From: Bacteroidota bacterium
GTDB lineage: Bacteria > Bacteroidota > Bacteroidia > AKYH767-A > OLB10
Direction of reading: 5' to 3'
Assembly (NCBI GenBank): GCA_016722525.1
Contig: JADKJB010000013.1
Coordinates: 58,914-122,913, forward strand
DNA length: 64,000 bases
The position numbers and the translations under genes are program-made. Below the pieces are notes generated by a model. The model did no database searches and had not been told where the DNA came from. It saw only the letters and a program-made list of their open reading frames with translations. This document shows, piece by piece, positions 41,993 to 52,960 of the stretch (its first letter is position 1; every line of letters starts with the position of its first letter).

Positions 41993-42931
41993 TCAGGTTA
42001 GATTTAAAAAATATTCCTCTAAGGAACGCATAGGAACCAGCGATATAACATCAACTCCATTTTCTACCATCAGTCGATTTAAGTCTGAAAGGCGTTCTTT
42101 TTTTATTTGAAAAATTATTTTATTGCCAGCGCAATCACGGTAATATTCTTGATAAGTGCTTGCTTTTATCAATTGCAATGCTTTTTCAACAGCCGTTACT
42201 TCCATGGTAACTTTCATGTCGTCTGTATTTAGCAATGTCTCTACTTCACCTTCAACAGCTACCTTGCCTTTGTTGATGATCACCATTCTGTTGGCTACTA
42301 ATTCAACTTCATTTAAAATGTGAGAAGATAATAAAATAGTCTTCTTAAAGTCTGTACTTAACCTCAAAATTAAGTCCCTTATTTCTACCATTCCCTGTGG
42401 ATCAAGCCCTGTAGTCGGTTCATCCAGTATTATAAGTTCAGGATCATGAATCAGGGCCTGAGCGATGCCGGCTCTTTGCTTCATGCCATGCGAAAATGTC
42501 TGAACTTTACTTTTAGCTCTGTCTTTTAAACCGACCAGTTCAAGTATTTCCATGATTTTAACTGATGAAGCTGTTTGGCCCGACATCCGACTCAACAACT
42601 TCAAGTTATCAAAAACGCTCAGGTAGCCATACATATCAGGCTTTTCTACTATTGCCCCTATTTTGTTTAAAATATTGGATCTGTCAGTTAACAAAGATTT
42701 TCCAAAAATTCTGATTTCCCCCGATGTCGGTTGAATCAATGTCATGAGCATCCTGATAGTAGTACTTTTGCCGGCTCCGTTAGGTCCCAAAAAACCAAAA
42801 ACATCGCCCTTGTATACTGTAAAACTAATACCTTTTACGGCCTCAAAATCTTTATACGATTTGTGAAGATTTTTAACTTCTATGACCGGTTCTTTTTTCA
42901 AATTTATTGCAATATTAATCACATCTTGCAT
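41993..42931 (-). CDS. ABC transporter ATP-binding protein
   Basis: Walker A is GPNGAGKST, the signature is FSHGMKQR, and Walker B is LIILDEPTTGLD. A C-terminal accessory domain is present. Confidence 0.93.
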   Translation of the reverse strand: MQDVINIAINLKKEPVIEVKNLHKSYKDFEAVKGISFTVYKGDVFGFLGPNGAGKSTTIRMLMTLIQPTSGEIRIFGKSLLTDRSNILNKIGAIVEKPDMYGYLSVFDNLKLLSRMSGQTASSVKIMEILELVGLKDRAKSKVQTFSHGMKQRAGIAQALIHDPELIILDEPTTGLDPQGMVEIRDLILRLSTDFKKTILLSSHILNEVELVANRMVIINKGKVAVEGEVETLLNTDDMKVTMEVTAVEKALQLIKASTYQEYYRDCAGNKIIFQIKKERLSDLNRLMVENGVDVISLVPMRSLEEYFLNLT

Positions 42932-43260
42932 TAGAATGCATCTGGTAACAATAGATTAGTAGGAAAAGATTTAAGAAATTTGATAGATTTTTGCTTTTAC
43001 TTAGAATTGAGGCATCCTGAACAAATAAATTCTTTAATAATTTAATTTTCAACTAATTAAAATTATTTTTATAATTATCGAATTTGCTTTTTTCGAATTT
43101 GTGTTTTGCTTATACAAACCTTAAAAAAGCGCTAAGTGCCTAACTCCAAGCAATTAATCAATGTTAAAGTAAGATATAATCTCTTAATTTTAAGTTAAAT
43201 TATTGAAATACAAATTATTAGTACTAAAAAGGGTTTATTGTATTAGTTCACTTTTAATCC

Positions 43261-43268
43261 TATATTTG
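43261..43268 (+). promoter_or_regulatory. -7 box TATATTTG upstream of secDF
   Basis: It matches TAnnTTTG and lies 40 nt upstream of the ATG at 43308. Confidence 0.45.
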
Positions 43269-43307
43269 CGGGCTCAAAAAAAATCAGAAAACTAATAATT
43301 TATATTC

Positions 43308-46301
43308 ATGCAAAGTAAAGGCGCTATTAAGTTTCTTGCGATTGTTCTGGCAATAGTTTGTGTTTACCAATTGTCTTTTACATTGGTTACCAAAATTATA
43401 GAAAGTAATGCAAAAGAAGCAACAGGTCAGGATCCAAAAGCTTATCAAGCTTATATTGATTCCATTTCAGGAGAACCGGCTTATAATTTAGGAGTTAAAA
43501 ATTACACCTTCCAGGAATGTAAGGAACGTGAAATGAATTTGGGATTGGATCTCAAGGGTGGAATGAACGTTACCCTCGAGGTATCTGTTATTGACCTTAT
43601 TAAATCAATGGCCAACAATAGTCCGGATCCTACTTTTAATAAAGCTCTTGCTGATGCTCAAAGTCTTCAAAAGAATAGCCAAAAAGATTTCGTTACCCTC
43701 TTTGGCGAAGCCTTTGAAAAAACCGATCCCAATGCAAAACTTGCAGCCATATTCAGTACTATCGATTTGCAGGATAGAATTTCCTTCAATTCTACGAATA
43801 ACGATGTTATTAAAATAATAAAAGAAGAGTCTGATGCAGCTATTAGCCGCTCATTTAATATCCTGCGCACCAGAATTGATAAATTCGGTGTTACTCAACC
43901 CAATATTCAGCAATTAGGTTCTGGTAAAATTCTGGTAGAACTTCCCGGTGTAAAAGAACCTGAAAGGGTTCGTAAGCTTCTCCAAGGAACTGCTAAATTA
44001 GAATTCTGGGAAACGTGGGAAAATAAAGATGTATTTGACTATCTGAATTCAGTAAACGAAAATCTTAAAAATGCCAATAAAAAGGATTCTATGCTGAGTT
44101 CCCTTGTTGGTGATACTACATCTTTAGCTCTTGATTCATCTAAGTTAACTACTGATTCAACAGTTACTGCTGCTGCCGATACCTCTAAGCCTGCACTTTT
44201 AGATCAGATAAAAAGTGATTCTTCAACTTCTGCAAGCGATACTTCTGCAAAATCATTTGCTCAGTTTGCTAAAGAAAATCCCTTGTTTGCTGTTTTAAGT
44301 CCTGCTATTTTTCAAAACCAACAAGGTCAAAGTGAATACCAAAAAGGTCCCGTTATTGGATATTCTTTAGTAAAAGATACTGCTAAAGTAAATGCTATTT
44401 TTAATAGCGAATCTATAAAAGCAATTCTTCCTAAAAATATGAAATTCCTTTGGGGTGTTAAGCCTCCAAGCAAGGAATCAAAAGCTTTCGAATTAATTGC
44501 CATAAAAACCAGTGGACGCGATAATTTGTCACCTTTAGATGGAGGAGCAATTTCAGATGCACGTCAGGATTTTGGACAATTCAACGGAAAGCCGGAAATA
44601 TCTATGCGAATGAACCCTGAAGGTGCACAAACATGGAGAAGACTTACCGCAGAGAATATCGGAAAAAGTATTGCTATTGTGTTGGATGAAAGTGTGTATT
44701 CTTTTCCAACAGTTCAAGGTGAAATTGCCGGTGGTAGTTCTTCCATTACCGGAAATTTTGAAATTAACGAAGCCAAAGATTTAGCGAATATTCTGAAAGC
44801 CGGTAAATTGCCTGCACCTGCTAAAATTGTTGAAGAAGCCATTGTTGGTCCTTCACTCGGGAAGAAGCTATCAGCTCAGGTTTGATCTCCTTTGTGATTG
44901 CTCTCCTGCTCATTTTGGTTTTCATGATTTTCTATTACAGCAATGCAGGATGGGTCGCCGATCTGGCTCTTTTTGCAAACATTTTCTTTGTTTTTGGAGT
45001 GCTCGCCTCTTTAGGTGCGGTGCTTACTCTGCCTGGTATTGCGGGTATCGTGCTTACTTTAGGTATGGCCGTTGATGCAAACATTCTTATTTATGAAAGG
45101 ATTCGTGAAGAGCTGAGGGCCGGAAAAGGCATCAGGCTGGCTATTTCTGATGGATTTAAAATGGCTTATTCTTCTATTATTGACTCCAACGTTACTACGC
45201 TCCTTTCAGGTGTGATTTTATATGTGTTCGGTTCAGGACCTATTCAAGGCTTTGCCACAACGCTTATTATTGGTATCCTTACTTCTTTATTTTCTGCCAT
45301 CTTTATTACCAGGTTGATTTTTGAATGGCGTCTTTCAAAAAACAAGGTCATTAATTTCTCTACCAAAATGACTGAAAATGCATTTAAAAACATCAATTTC
45401 AATTGGGTGTCAAACAGGAAAATCTATTACATGATTTCAGGAACTGTTATTTTGATCGGAATTGGTTCTATGATTTTTAGAGGATTTAGCACAGGTGTTG
45501 ATTTTAAAGGCGGCCGTTCTTATGTGGTCAGATTTGAACAGCCTGTTGAAACTTCTGATGTGAGAGAAAAGCTCGCTTCTCCATTCACATCTGCTCCTGA
45601 AGTGAAAACTTTTGGTGCCAGTAATCAAGTAAAGATAACTACCTCTTATCTTATTGAAGATAATTCTGAATCGGCCGACTCTCAGGTACAAACTGCTCTT
45701 GTCTCCGGACTTGGCATTAAGCCTGAACAAATAATGAGCTCTCAAAAAGTAGGTCCTACTGTTGCCGATGATATAAAGGTGTCTGCTGCCTACGCTGTTA
45801 TCTTCTCCATGCTTGTAATATTCCTCTATATCGTTTTTCGTTTCCGTAAATGGGCTTTTCGGACTTGGGGCATTAATTGCTTTGGTACACGATGTTTTGA
45901 TATTGTTGTCACTATTCTCTTTATTCTGGGGTATCCTGCCTTTCTCACTTGAAATCGATCAGGCCTTCATTGCCGCAATTCTTACTGTGATGGGTTATTC
46001 TATTAACGATACGGTGGTTGTATTCGATAGGGTCAGAGAATTTTTAGGAATTCATCATAAGTCGGAATTGAAAAAAGTAATCAACGACGCATTAAATGCT
46101 ACATTGAGTCGTACTATTAACACTTCGTTAACGATTTTCTTTGTACTCTTCGCAATATTTGTTTTTGGTGGTGAAGTAATCAGAGGATTCTCTTTTGCCT
46201 TGTTGATTGGTATCGTTGTAGGAACGTATTCTTCGCTTTGTATTGCAACACCAATCGTGGTTGACTTCATGAAAAATCCTGAACCTCAGGTAAAAAAATA
46301 A
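43308..46301 (+). pseudogene. secDF: Fused protein-export membrane protein SecDF, two frame breaks as sequenced
   Basis: Three ORFs join into one SecDF. The first junction is ...VGPSLG | EEAISSGLISFVIALLLILVFMIFYY, with a break at G3 44859-44861. The second is FRFRKWAF | GLGALIALVHDVLILL, with a break at T4 45856-45859. Conserved motifs include GMAVDANILIYERIREE and GYSINDTVVVFDRVRE. Confidence 0.92.
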
Positions 46302-46324
46302 TTGTAAAGCAATTTCATTAAAAA

Positions 46325-46357
46325 TAAAAAAACCATCTCAATCAGATGGTTTTTTTA
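46325..46357. terminator. Bidirectional terminator between convergent secDF and yitT-like genes
   Basis: ACCATCT (46332-46338) pairs with AGATGGT (46344-46350). An A-run lies upstream and a T7 run downstream. Confidence 0.75.
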
Positions 46358-46376
46358 TTTTTATTTCGGTGAAATT

Positions 46377-47264
46377 TCATCCCAATCTTCTTCTTTTTAT
46401 AGTTCCTCCTTTTGTATCATTCACAGTATTCATCACTAAAAAAGCTTTTGAATCAATCTTTTCAATTTCACTTTTTAGTCGGATAATTTCAAGGTTGGTA
46501 ACAACTGTAAAAATAACATCTATCTCTTTCTCTTCCTCTCCTTTTTTTCTATAACCGCCCTTTCCTTTATAAACGGTTACCCCCCGCCCCAGCTTCTCTG
46601 TGATCATTTTTCGCACTTCCTCACTGCGTGATGAAATAATAGTTACTCCCGTGTATTCCTCTATTCCATGAACTACAAAATCAATGGTTCGGGAAGCCGC
46701 CAGATAGGTTAACAGAGAATAAAGCGCTGGCTCAATACCAAGTAAGAAACCAGCGAAAGAAAAGATGATAATGTTTATAATTAAAATGATTCCTCCAATA
46801 CTCACTGGTGTTTTTTTGCTCAGGTAGAGTGCTAGTATTTCGGTGCCATCAATTACACAACCCCCTCTTACTGCAAGTCCAATCCCTAACCCTAAAAAGA
46901 ACCCTCCAAACACCGAAATCAATAACTTGTCATTCGTCACTATTTCGAAATCAAAGAAGTAAAGCCCAAGCGCCAGCCCCAAAATGGCTGAAATGGTTTT
47001 GATGGCAAAGTTTCTGCCTAATTGAAAATAGCCAACAATGACAAATGGAATATTAAATAGTACAATCAGCATGGGAAGGCTGATGTGAGTGAGTTGTGCA
47101 ACCAGCAATGAAATTCCGGTAACACCCCCGTCAATGAAGTTGTTGGGGATAAGAAAACCTTTTAAACCGATTCCGGCTGCAACAATCCCAAATAGAATGA
47201 GAAAAAAATCTGAAACAATATGTTTCCTGAAAACTAATTTACGATAAGTTTTCTTCGACATCAT
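46377..47264 (-). CDS. YitT-family membrane protein (DUF2179 C-terminal domain)
   Basis: Multi-TM N-terminus with the motif FLIPNNFIDGGVTGISLL. The C-terminal soluble domain is GVTIISSRSEEVRKMITEKLGRGVTVYKGKGGY. The start was chosen at MMSKKTY. Confidence 0.85.
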   Translation of the reverse strand: MMSKKTYRKLVFRKHIVSDFFLILFGIVAAGIGLKGFLIPNNFIDGGVTGISLLVAQLTHISLPMLIVLFNIPFVIVGYFQLGRNFAIKTISAILGLALGLYFFDFEIVTNDKLLISVFGGFFLGLGIGLAVRGGCVIDGTEILALYLSKKTPVSIGGIILIINIIIFSFAGFLLGIEPALYSLLTYLAASRTIDFVVHGIEEYTGVTIISSRSEEVRKMITEKLGRGVTVYKGKGGYRKKGEEEKEIDVIFTVVTNLEIIRLKSEIEKIDSKAFLVMNTVNDTKGGTIKRRRLG

Positions 47265-47373
47265 TGTGGCTCTTTTCCCATCTTTGCTTTTGTTTCTATT
47301 CCTTTGAGATGCCAAAATTAGCAATTGATGTCTGATATTTATTAAAATGATCCTAATCACATCCTGCTATTTG

Positions 47374-47381
47374 TACCTTTG
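47374..47381 (+). promoter_or_regulatory. -7 box TACCTTTG upstream of tatA
   Basis: It matches TAnnTTTG and lies 20 nt upstream of the ATG at 47401. Confidence 0.45.
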
Positions 47382-47400
47382 TGCTTAGAAAAGCCCTAAA

Positions 47401-47658
47401 ATGATCTGTATAATTCTTTTTCTGGAAAGCATCGGTACCGGTGAACTCATGATTATCATGTTGTTTATTTTGTTTTTCTTCGGTTCAAAAAAAATCCCTG
47501 AATTAGCTAAAGGCCTGGGTAAAGGTATGCGTGAAATGAAAGATGCCGTGCAGGGAATTGAAAGGGATATTAAGCAGGGAATTAATCTGGATGAAGAAAA
47601 AAAAATGATTGACGACGTCAAAAAAAATATTGAAAAGACCAAGGATGAACTAAAGTGA
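47401..47658 (+). CDS. tatA: Twin-arginine translocase TatA/TatE family subunit
   Basis: An 85-aa protein with a single TM followed by FGSKKIPELAKGLGKGMREMK and a charged tail. Confidence 0.85.
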   Translation: MICIILFLESIGTGELMIIMLFILFFFGSKKIPELAKGLGKGMREMKDAVQGIERDIKQGINLDEEKKMIDDVKKNIEKTKDELK

Positions 47659-47717
47659 TTGTTTTTTGTTTAAATGATAGTGCGTTATTATTTAATTTAT
47701 GAGTCCTTCTTTTTAAA

Positions 47718-49006
47718 ATGCAAGACCTGTTAATTCCATCATCTCCTAAGAAACGAGTAGTAATTGTTGGTGGTGGCTTTGGCGGTATTAATCTGGTTAA
47801 AAAATTGCATCGAAAAGGGTTTCAGATTGTTCTGATCGATAAAAATAATTACCACACTTTTCAACCACTACTGTATCAGGTAGCAACCGGCGGATTGGAA
47901 GCCGATTCTATTGCCTATCCGTTGCGCAAAATATTTCAAGGGTATGCTGATTTTGTTTTTAGAATGGCGAATTTGGAATCAGTAAACCTTACTGAGAAAA
48001 GTATTTGTACCAATATCGGCACCATCTCTTATGATTACCTGGTAATAGCGGCCGGATCCATAAATAATTTTTTTGGTATGGATAATCTTGCAGCCAATGC
48101 AATGCCCATGAAATCGCTTACTGAAGCTCTTGATCTGAGGAGCCTGATTTTGCAAAATGTTGAAAGCTCTTTAACAACTCTTGAAAATAATGACAAGTAC
48201 CTAAATTTTGTAGTAGCAGGAGGTGGTCCAACCGGAGTTGAAACCGCAGGGGCTCTCAGTGAACTAAAAAAGCATGTATTGCCAAACGATTATCCTGAAT
48301 TGAATTTTAAAAATGCAAGAATAATTTTGATTGAATCCGGCTCTCGCCTATTGGCAGGAATGTCAGAATCCGCTTCTTCGAAGGCACAATTGGCTTTGGA
48401 AAAATGGGAGTTGAAGTGCTTTTAAATATTGCAGTGAAAGATTATGATGGACAAAAGGTGTATCTTTCAAACGGAAGTGAGATACCTGCTAAAAGTTTTA
48501 TCTGGTCAGCAGGAGTGAAGGGGCAGGATGTAAGAGGCCTTGATGGTTCTGTTATTGCAAAAGGAAATCGTATAGTTGTTGATCGATTCAATCGTATTGC
48601 AGCTGCCAATGAAGTATTTGCTTTGGGAGATATTGCCTTAATGAAGGATGAAGATTACCCAAACGGTCATCCAATGGTTGCTCAGGTAGCTATTCAACAG
48701 GCTACTAATCTGGCAAAAAATCTGGTGGCTTTGCAAAAATCTCATTCACTCACCCCATTTAAATATAAGGATCTAGGCTCAATGGCTACCATTGGCCGGA
48801 ATAAGGCCGTGGCCGATATTGCATTTTTTCGACTCCATGGTTTTATTGCCTGGTTTTTATGGTTGGTTATTCATCTTATGACGTTGGTTGGGTTTAGAAA
48901 TCGTGTAGTAGTGCTTGTTAACTGGTTTTTGAGCTATATGTCCTATGACCGAGCTATACGACTCATTGTTCGGCCTTTTAACTTGAATGTAAGTAGGAGG
49001 GGATAA
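47718..49006 (+). pseudogene. ndh: Type II NADH:quinone oxidoreductase (NDH-2), one frame break as sequenced
   Basis: The first dinucleotide fold is VVIVGGGFGG and the second is VVAGGGPTGVE. The C-terminal ORF continues MGVEVLLN...FALGDIA. The break is in A5 48400-48404. Confidence 0.9.
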
Positions 49007-49201
49007 TCCTGTCTTCCGAAACTTTTTGACGGATTCTACAAATTTTACCTTGCATTTACTCCCGATAAGTCCTGAATCTTATTTTTATGATAATTTTAGT
49101 GATTTCGATAAAAAATAGCACTATTTCTTCAAATTGACTTCATTTTTTAACAAATTGTTGAAAAAAATATGTTTTTCTTGACAGCCCCCCCTAAATAATA
49201 G

Positions 49202-49209
49202 TACATTTG
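49202..49209 (+). promoter_or_regulatory. -7 box TACATTTG upstream of glnA (type III)
   Basis: It matches TAnnTTTG and lies 20 nt upstream of the ATG at 49229. TTG (49176-49178, within TTGACA) lies 23 nt upstream, with a C7 tract in the spacer. Confidence 0.5.
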
Positions 49210-49228
49210 TCGAAAATTATTAAAAAAA

Positions 49229-51423
49229 ATGGCAATTCTACGTTTTAAAGCATTGGAAAGCGCCCTGGAGCGCACTCCTATAACGGTGGTTCCACCTCCG
49301 GGCAAAATTTCTGATTATTTCGGTCAAAATGTTTTCGATAAGGAAACTATGCAGAAATATCTCTCTAAAGAACCCTTTAAACAAGTGCTGGAAGCAGTTG
49401 AAAGCGGCCAGCAAATTGAACGAAGGGTCGCTGAACCAGTTGCTACTTCAATGATGACATGGGCAATATCTAAAGGCGCTACGCATTATACGCATTGGTT
49501 TCAACCTTTGACAGGCTCCACGGCCGAAAAACACGATTCTTTTTTTTTGAATTGGGAGATGGTAACCGTCCTATTGAGAATTTTTCATCCAGTGCCCTCG
49601 TACAACAAGAGCCTGACGCCTCCAGCTTTCCCAGCGGAGGCATCCGTAATACGTTCGAAGCCCGCGGTTATACTGCCTGGGATCCTACTTCGCCTGCATT
49701 TATTATGGAAAGCACTTCAGGGAAAACACTTTGTATTCCAACCATTTTTGTGTCCTATACAGGTGAAACTCTTGACTATAAAGCACCTCTGTTAAAAGCA
49801 TTGAATGAACTCGATCAAGCAGCAGTTCCCGTATGCCAGTACTTCGATAAAAATGTGACTAAAGTTCATGCTACATTAGGAATAGAACAAGAATATTTTC
49901 TGATTGATATTGCTATGTTCAATGCAAGACCCGATATAGAAACCACAGGCCGCACTGTTTTTGGACACATCCCTGCCAAAGGCCAGCAATTAGAAGATCA
50001 CTATTTCGGTTCTATCCCCGCAAGGGCTTATGCCTTTATGGTGGAATTCGAAATTGAAGCTTTTAAATTAGGTATTCCTTTGAAAACACGTCATAATGAA
50101 GTTGCACCTAGTCAGTTCGAATGTGCTCCGGTTTTTGAAGAAATTAATCTCGCTGTTGATCACAATCAATTGCTCATGGACGTGATGGATAAAGTTGCAC
50201 GTCGCCATAATTTTAAAGTATTACTTCATGAAAAACCTTATGCAGGAATCAATGGATCCGGTAAGCATAATAACTGGTCGCTCACAACTAACACTGGCAA
50301 AAATTTATTATCTCCCGGAAATTCCCCAAAAACGAATCTTCAATTTTTGACTTTCTTTGTCAATATCATTCGGGCTGTTTATGAACATGGCGATTTGATG
50401 CGTGCCAGCATTGCTTCAGCAAGTAACGATCATCGCCTGGGTGCTAATGAAGCGCCTCCTGCTATTATGTCTATTTTTCTTGGCTCTCAATTAAGTGAAG
50501 TGTTGGATGAGATTGAAAAAACAGTGGCGAAAGATAAATTGAGTCCTGAAGAAAAGACACAGATCAAACTCAACATTGGTCGTATACCTGAAATTCTACT
50601 CGATAATACCGATCGTAATCGTACTTCTCCTTTTGCTTTTACAGGAAATAAATTTGAATTCCGTGCCGTGGGTTCTTCTGCCAATTCATCAAGTGCAATG
50701 TTGGTTTTAAATACTATTGTTGCCAATCAGCTGAAAGAGTTTGCCAAGGAAGTGGATGCAATGATTGCAAAGGATGTTAAAAAGGATGAGGCTATCATGA
50801 AAGTGCTTCGAAAATATATTGTTGAGTCAAAAGCGATTCGTTTTGAAGGTAACGGGTATAGCGATGAGTGGGTGAAAGAAGCTAAAAAACGTGGTCTTTC
50901 CAACTTCACAACTACACCTCCTGCTCTTGACGCTTATATCTCAAAAAAATCGAAGGAGTTATTTAAAAGAAATAACATTTTCACTGAAAGAGAACTCGAA
51001 GCGCGACATGATATCCTGCTCGAAACTTATACTAAAAAAATTCAAATCGAGTCACGTATTGTTGGTACTCTCTCACTCAATCACATTATCCCTACTGCAA
51101 TTAAATATCAATCTGATTTGATCAATAATGTGGCTGGCTTGAAATCACTAGGGCTCCTGGCTGATTCCTATAAAACTCAATTAGATATTATTAAGGAAAT
51201 TTCAGAACATGTTTTGGTAATCAAAGAAAAAACGGATTCCATGGTGAATGAAAGACGATTGGCCAATAAAGTCGATGATGCAAGAGAAAAGGCAATTGCT
51301 TATTGTGATAAGGTAAAGCCGCATTTCGATGAAATAAGATACCATGTTGATAAATTGGAATTGCTGATTGATGATACTTATTGGCCCCTGCCAAAATACA
51401 GGGAGATGCTGACTGTAAGGTAG
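49229..51423 (+). pseudogene. glnA: Glutamine synthetase type III, one frame break (in a T9 run) as sequenced
   Basis: The N-terminal ORF (..THYTHWFQPLTGSTAEKHDSFF) continues in the next frame (ELGDGNRPIENFSSSALVQQEPDASSFPSGGIRNTFEARGYTAWD). The length is about 730 aa. The break is at T9 49540-49548. Confidence 0.93.
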
Positions 51424-51435
51424 TTATCAAGAAAA

Positions 51436-51476
51436 GCAAAGCGGCCGTGGATTTTTTCTGTGGCCGCTTTGCTTTT
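51436..51476 (+). terminator. Rho-independent terminator after glnA
   Basis: GCAAAGCGGCC (51436-51446) pairs with GGCCGCTTTGC (51462-51472), followed by TTTT. Confidence 0.8.
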
Positions 51477-51536
51477 GTAATAAATGACAAAAATCATATA
51501 CTTCTTTTGTTGCAAATGTTGTACATTTGTGTGCTC

Positions 51537-51899
51537 ATGAAGATATTTAGTGCAATTTTAATATTTAGTGTTTTACTGCAGGTTTTCAGTAAACAATTGC
51601 TATTTGTAGATTTTCTGGTGAATAAAAACTTTATTGCAACTGTACTGTGTGAAAATAAATCAGTGCCTCAAAAGCATTGTGAAGGGAAGTGTCATTTAAA
51701 AAAAATGTTGGATAAAGATTCTAAACAAAAAGATGAAAATTCCCAAAAATCAAAATCAATCTCTGAAGTGTTTTTTTGGAGAGGTGAAACTTTTTACCTC
51801 AATTTTGCATTAAGTTATTTAGGCGATATTTCTTTTCAATACCATAGAAATGAGTCTCAAAAATTCCCACTCTCTGTTTTTAGACCACCCTCTTGCTAG
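51537..51899 (+). CDS. Small membrane-anchored or secreted protein with a CX10CX3CH motif (conserved hypothetical)
   Basis: The start was chosen at MKIFSAILIFSVLLQVF, downstream of the glnA terminator. The motif is LCENKSVPQKHCEGKCHLKKML, followed by a Lys/Asp/Ser-rich spacer. A TACATTTG box lies at 51522-51529. Confidence 0.55.
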   Translation: MKIFSAILIFSVLLQVFSKQLLFVDFLVNKNFIATVLCENKSVPQKHCEGKCHLKKMLDKDSKQKDENSQKSKSISEVFFWRGETFYLNFALSYLGDISFQYHRNESQKFPLSVFRPPSC

Positions 51900-52119
51900 T
51901 TTTGTTGTTCCTTTTGTAAACTATACAAACTGCAATTTGTTTTTATAAGGTGATTGTTTATTTCTGTTTTTTTTACAAAACAGATTAAATCTGAATGGTC
52001 TTTTATGAAAATGTTTAATTGCAAAAAGTTTACGCTATAAATTACGTAGAAACGTATTTTGCAACACCCAAACAACTAAACAGTACATAAATAACTAAAT
52101 TTATATTTATTCAAATACC

Positions 52120-52911
52120 ATGAAAACTAAAATAACATCAAAATTTCTTTCCTTGCTATTTCTTGCCGGTGCTTCTGTATTCACTGCATGTAAAGATGAC
52201 GACCCGGACCCAATTCCTCCTGTTGTAAATGTGCTTCCTAAACTCACTTTAGAATTGGATCATCTCGCAGGCGCTTCTAAATTCTATCTTGATTCAACTT
52301 ACACCAATGAGAATGGCGATCAATTTACCGCTACTTTGTTTAAGTATTATATATCAAATATCAGATTGGTGAAAACGGATAACTCTATTGTTACACTTCC
52401 TAATACCTATTTCCTGGTTAATCAAGATGATGAAGAGTCGATGGCCATAAAAATGGATAGCCTGCCTCTTGGACTTTTTAAATCAATCAAATTCATGATT
52501 GGTGTTGATAGCACACGAAATGTCAGCGGAGCCCAAACTGGTGCTCTCGATCCAACGAATGGTATGTTTTGGAGCTGGACTACCGGGTATATTTTCTTGA
52601 AACTGGAAGGAACCTCTCCTGTGATTCCAACAGTTTCTAATGAATTTACATTTCACATTGGAGGTTTCAAAGGAGCTAATATTAATTATAAAGAACTGGA
52701 AATTCCGTTCAACGGAGATATTCTTACTCTTAATTATAATAAGCAACCTGAATTGCATTTTGTAGTGGATGTTTTAGAAATCTTTAAAAATCCAACAACT
52801 ATCAATTTGGCAACATTCCCTTCAACAGTGATGAGTCCTAATGCAAGTGCATCTTCACTGGCAACTAATTATGCGGATATGTTTACCTATGATCACATGC
52901 ACGACGAATAG
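52120..52911 (+). CDS. Lipoprotein, MbnP-like (tentative family call)
   Basis: The lipobox is GASVFTAC followed by KDDDPD. FTATLFKYYISNIRLVKTDNS, FKSIKFMIGVDS, MFWSWTTGYIFLKLEG and FHIGGF resemble the Bacteroidota 'MbnP family protein' pattern as I recall it. Confidence 0.55.
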   Translation: MKTKITSKFLSLLFLAGASVFTACKDDDPDPIPPVVNVLPKLTLELDHLAGASKFYLDSTYTNENGDQFTATLFKYYISNIRLVKTDNSIVTLPNTYFLVNQDDEESMAIKMDSLPLGLFKSIKFMIGVDSTRNVSGAQTGALDPTNGMFWSWTTGYIFLKLEGTSPVIPTVSNEFTFHIGGFKGANINYKELEIPFNGDILTLNYNKQPELHFVVDVLEIFKNPTTINLATFPSTVMSPNASASSLATNYADMFTYDHMHDE

Positions 52912-52927
52912 TTTTAAATAAAAATTT

Positions 52928-52960
52928 GCCCCTACTTTACATTACAAGTAAAGTAGGGGC
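52928..52960 (+). other. Intercistronic stem-loop (12-13 bp) between the MbnP-like gene and the beta-barrel gene
   Basis: GCCCCTACTTTA (52928-52939) pairs with TAAAGTAGGGGC (52949-52960). No T-tract follows (TTAAAG). Confidence 0.6.

Noticed and set aside
47385-47642. An 85-aa minus-strand ORF exactly mirroring tatA.
   Set aside because: The plus-strand product has the canonical TatA TM plus FGSKKIPELAKGLG motif. The minus-strand ORF is a shadow.
51381-51536. The ORF-track start at 51381, which would extend the small Cys-motif protein 52 aa upstream.
   Set aside because: The extension overlaps the end of glnA and runs straight through the glnA terminator hairpin (51436-51476). The signal-peptide-like N-terminus begins at the Met at 51537.
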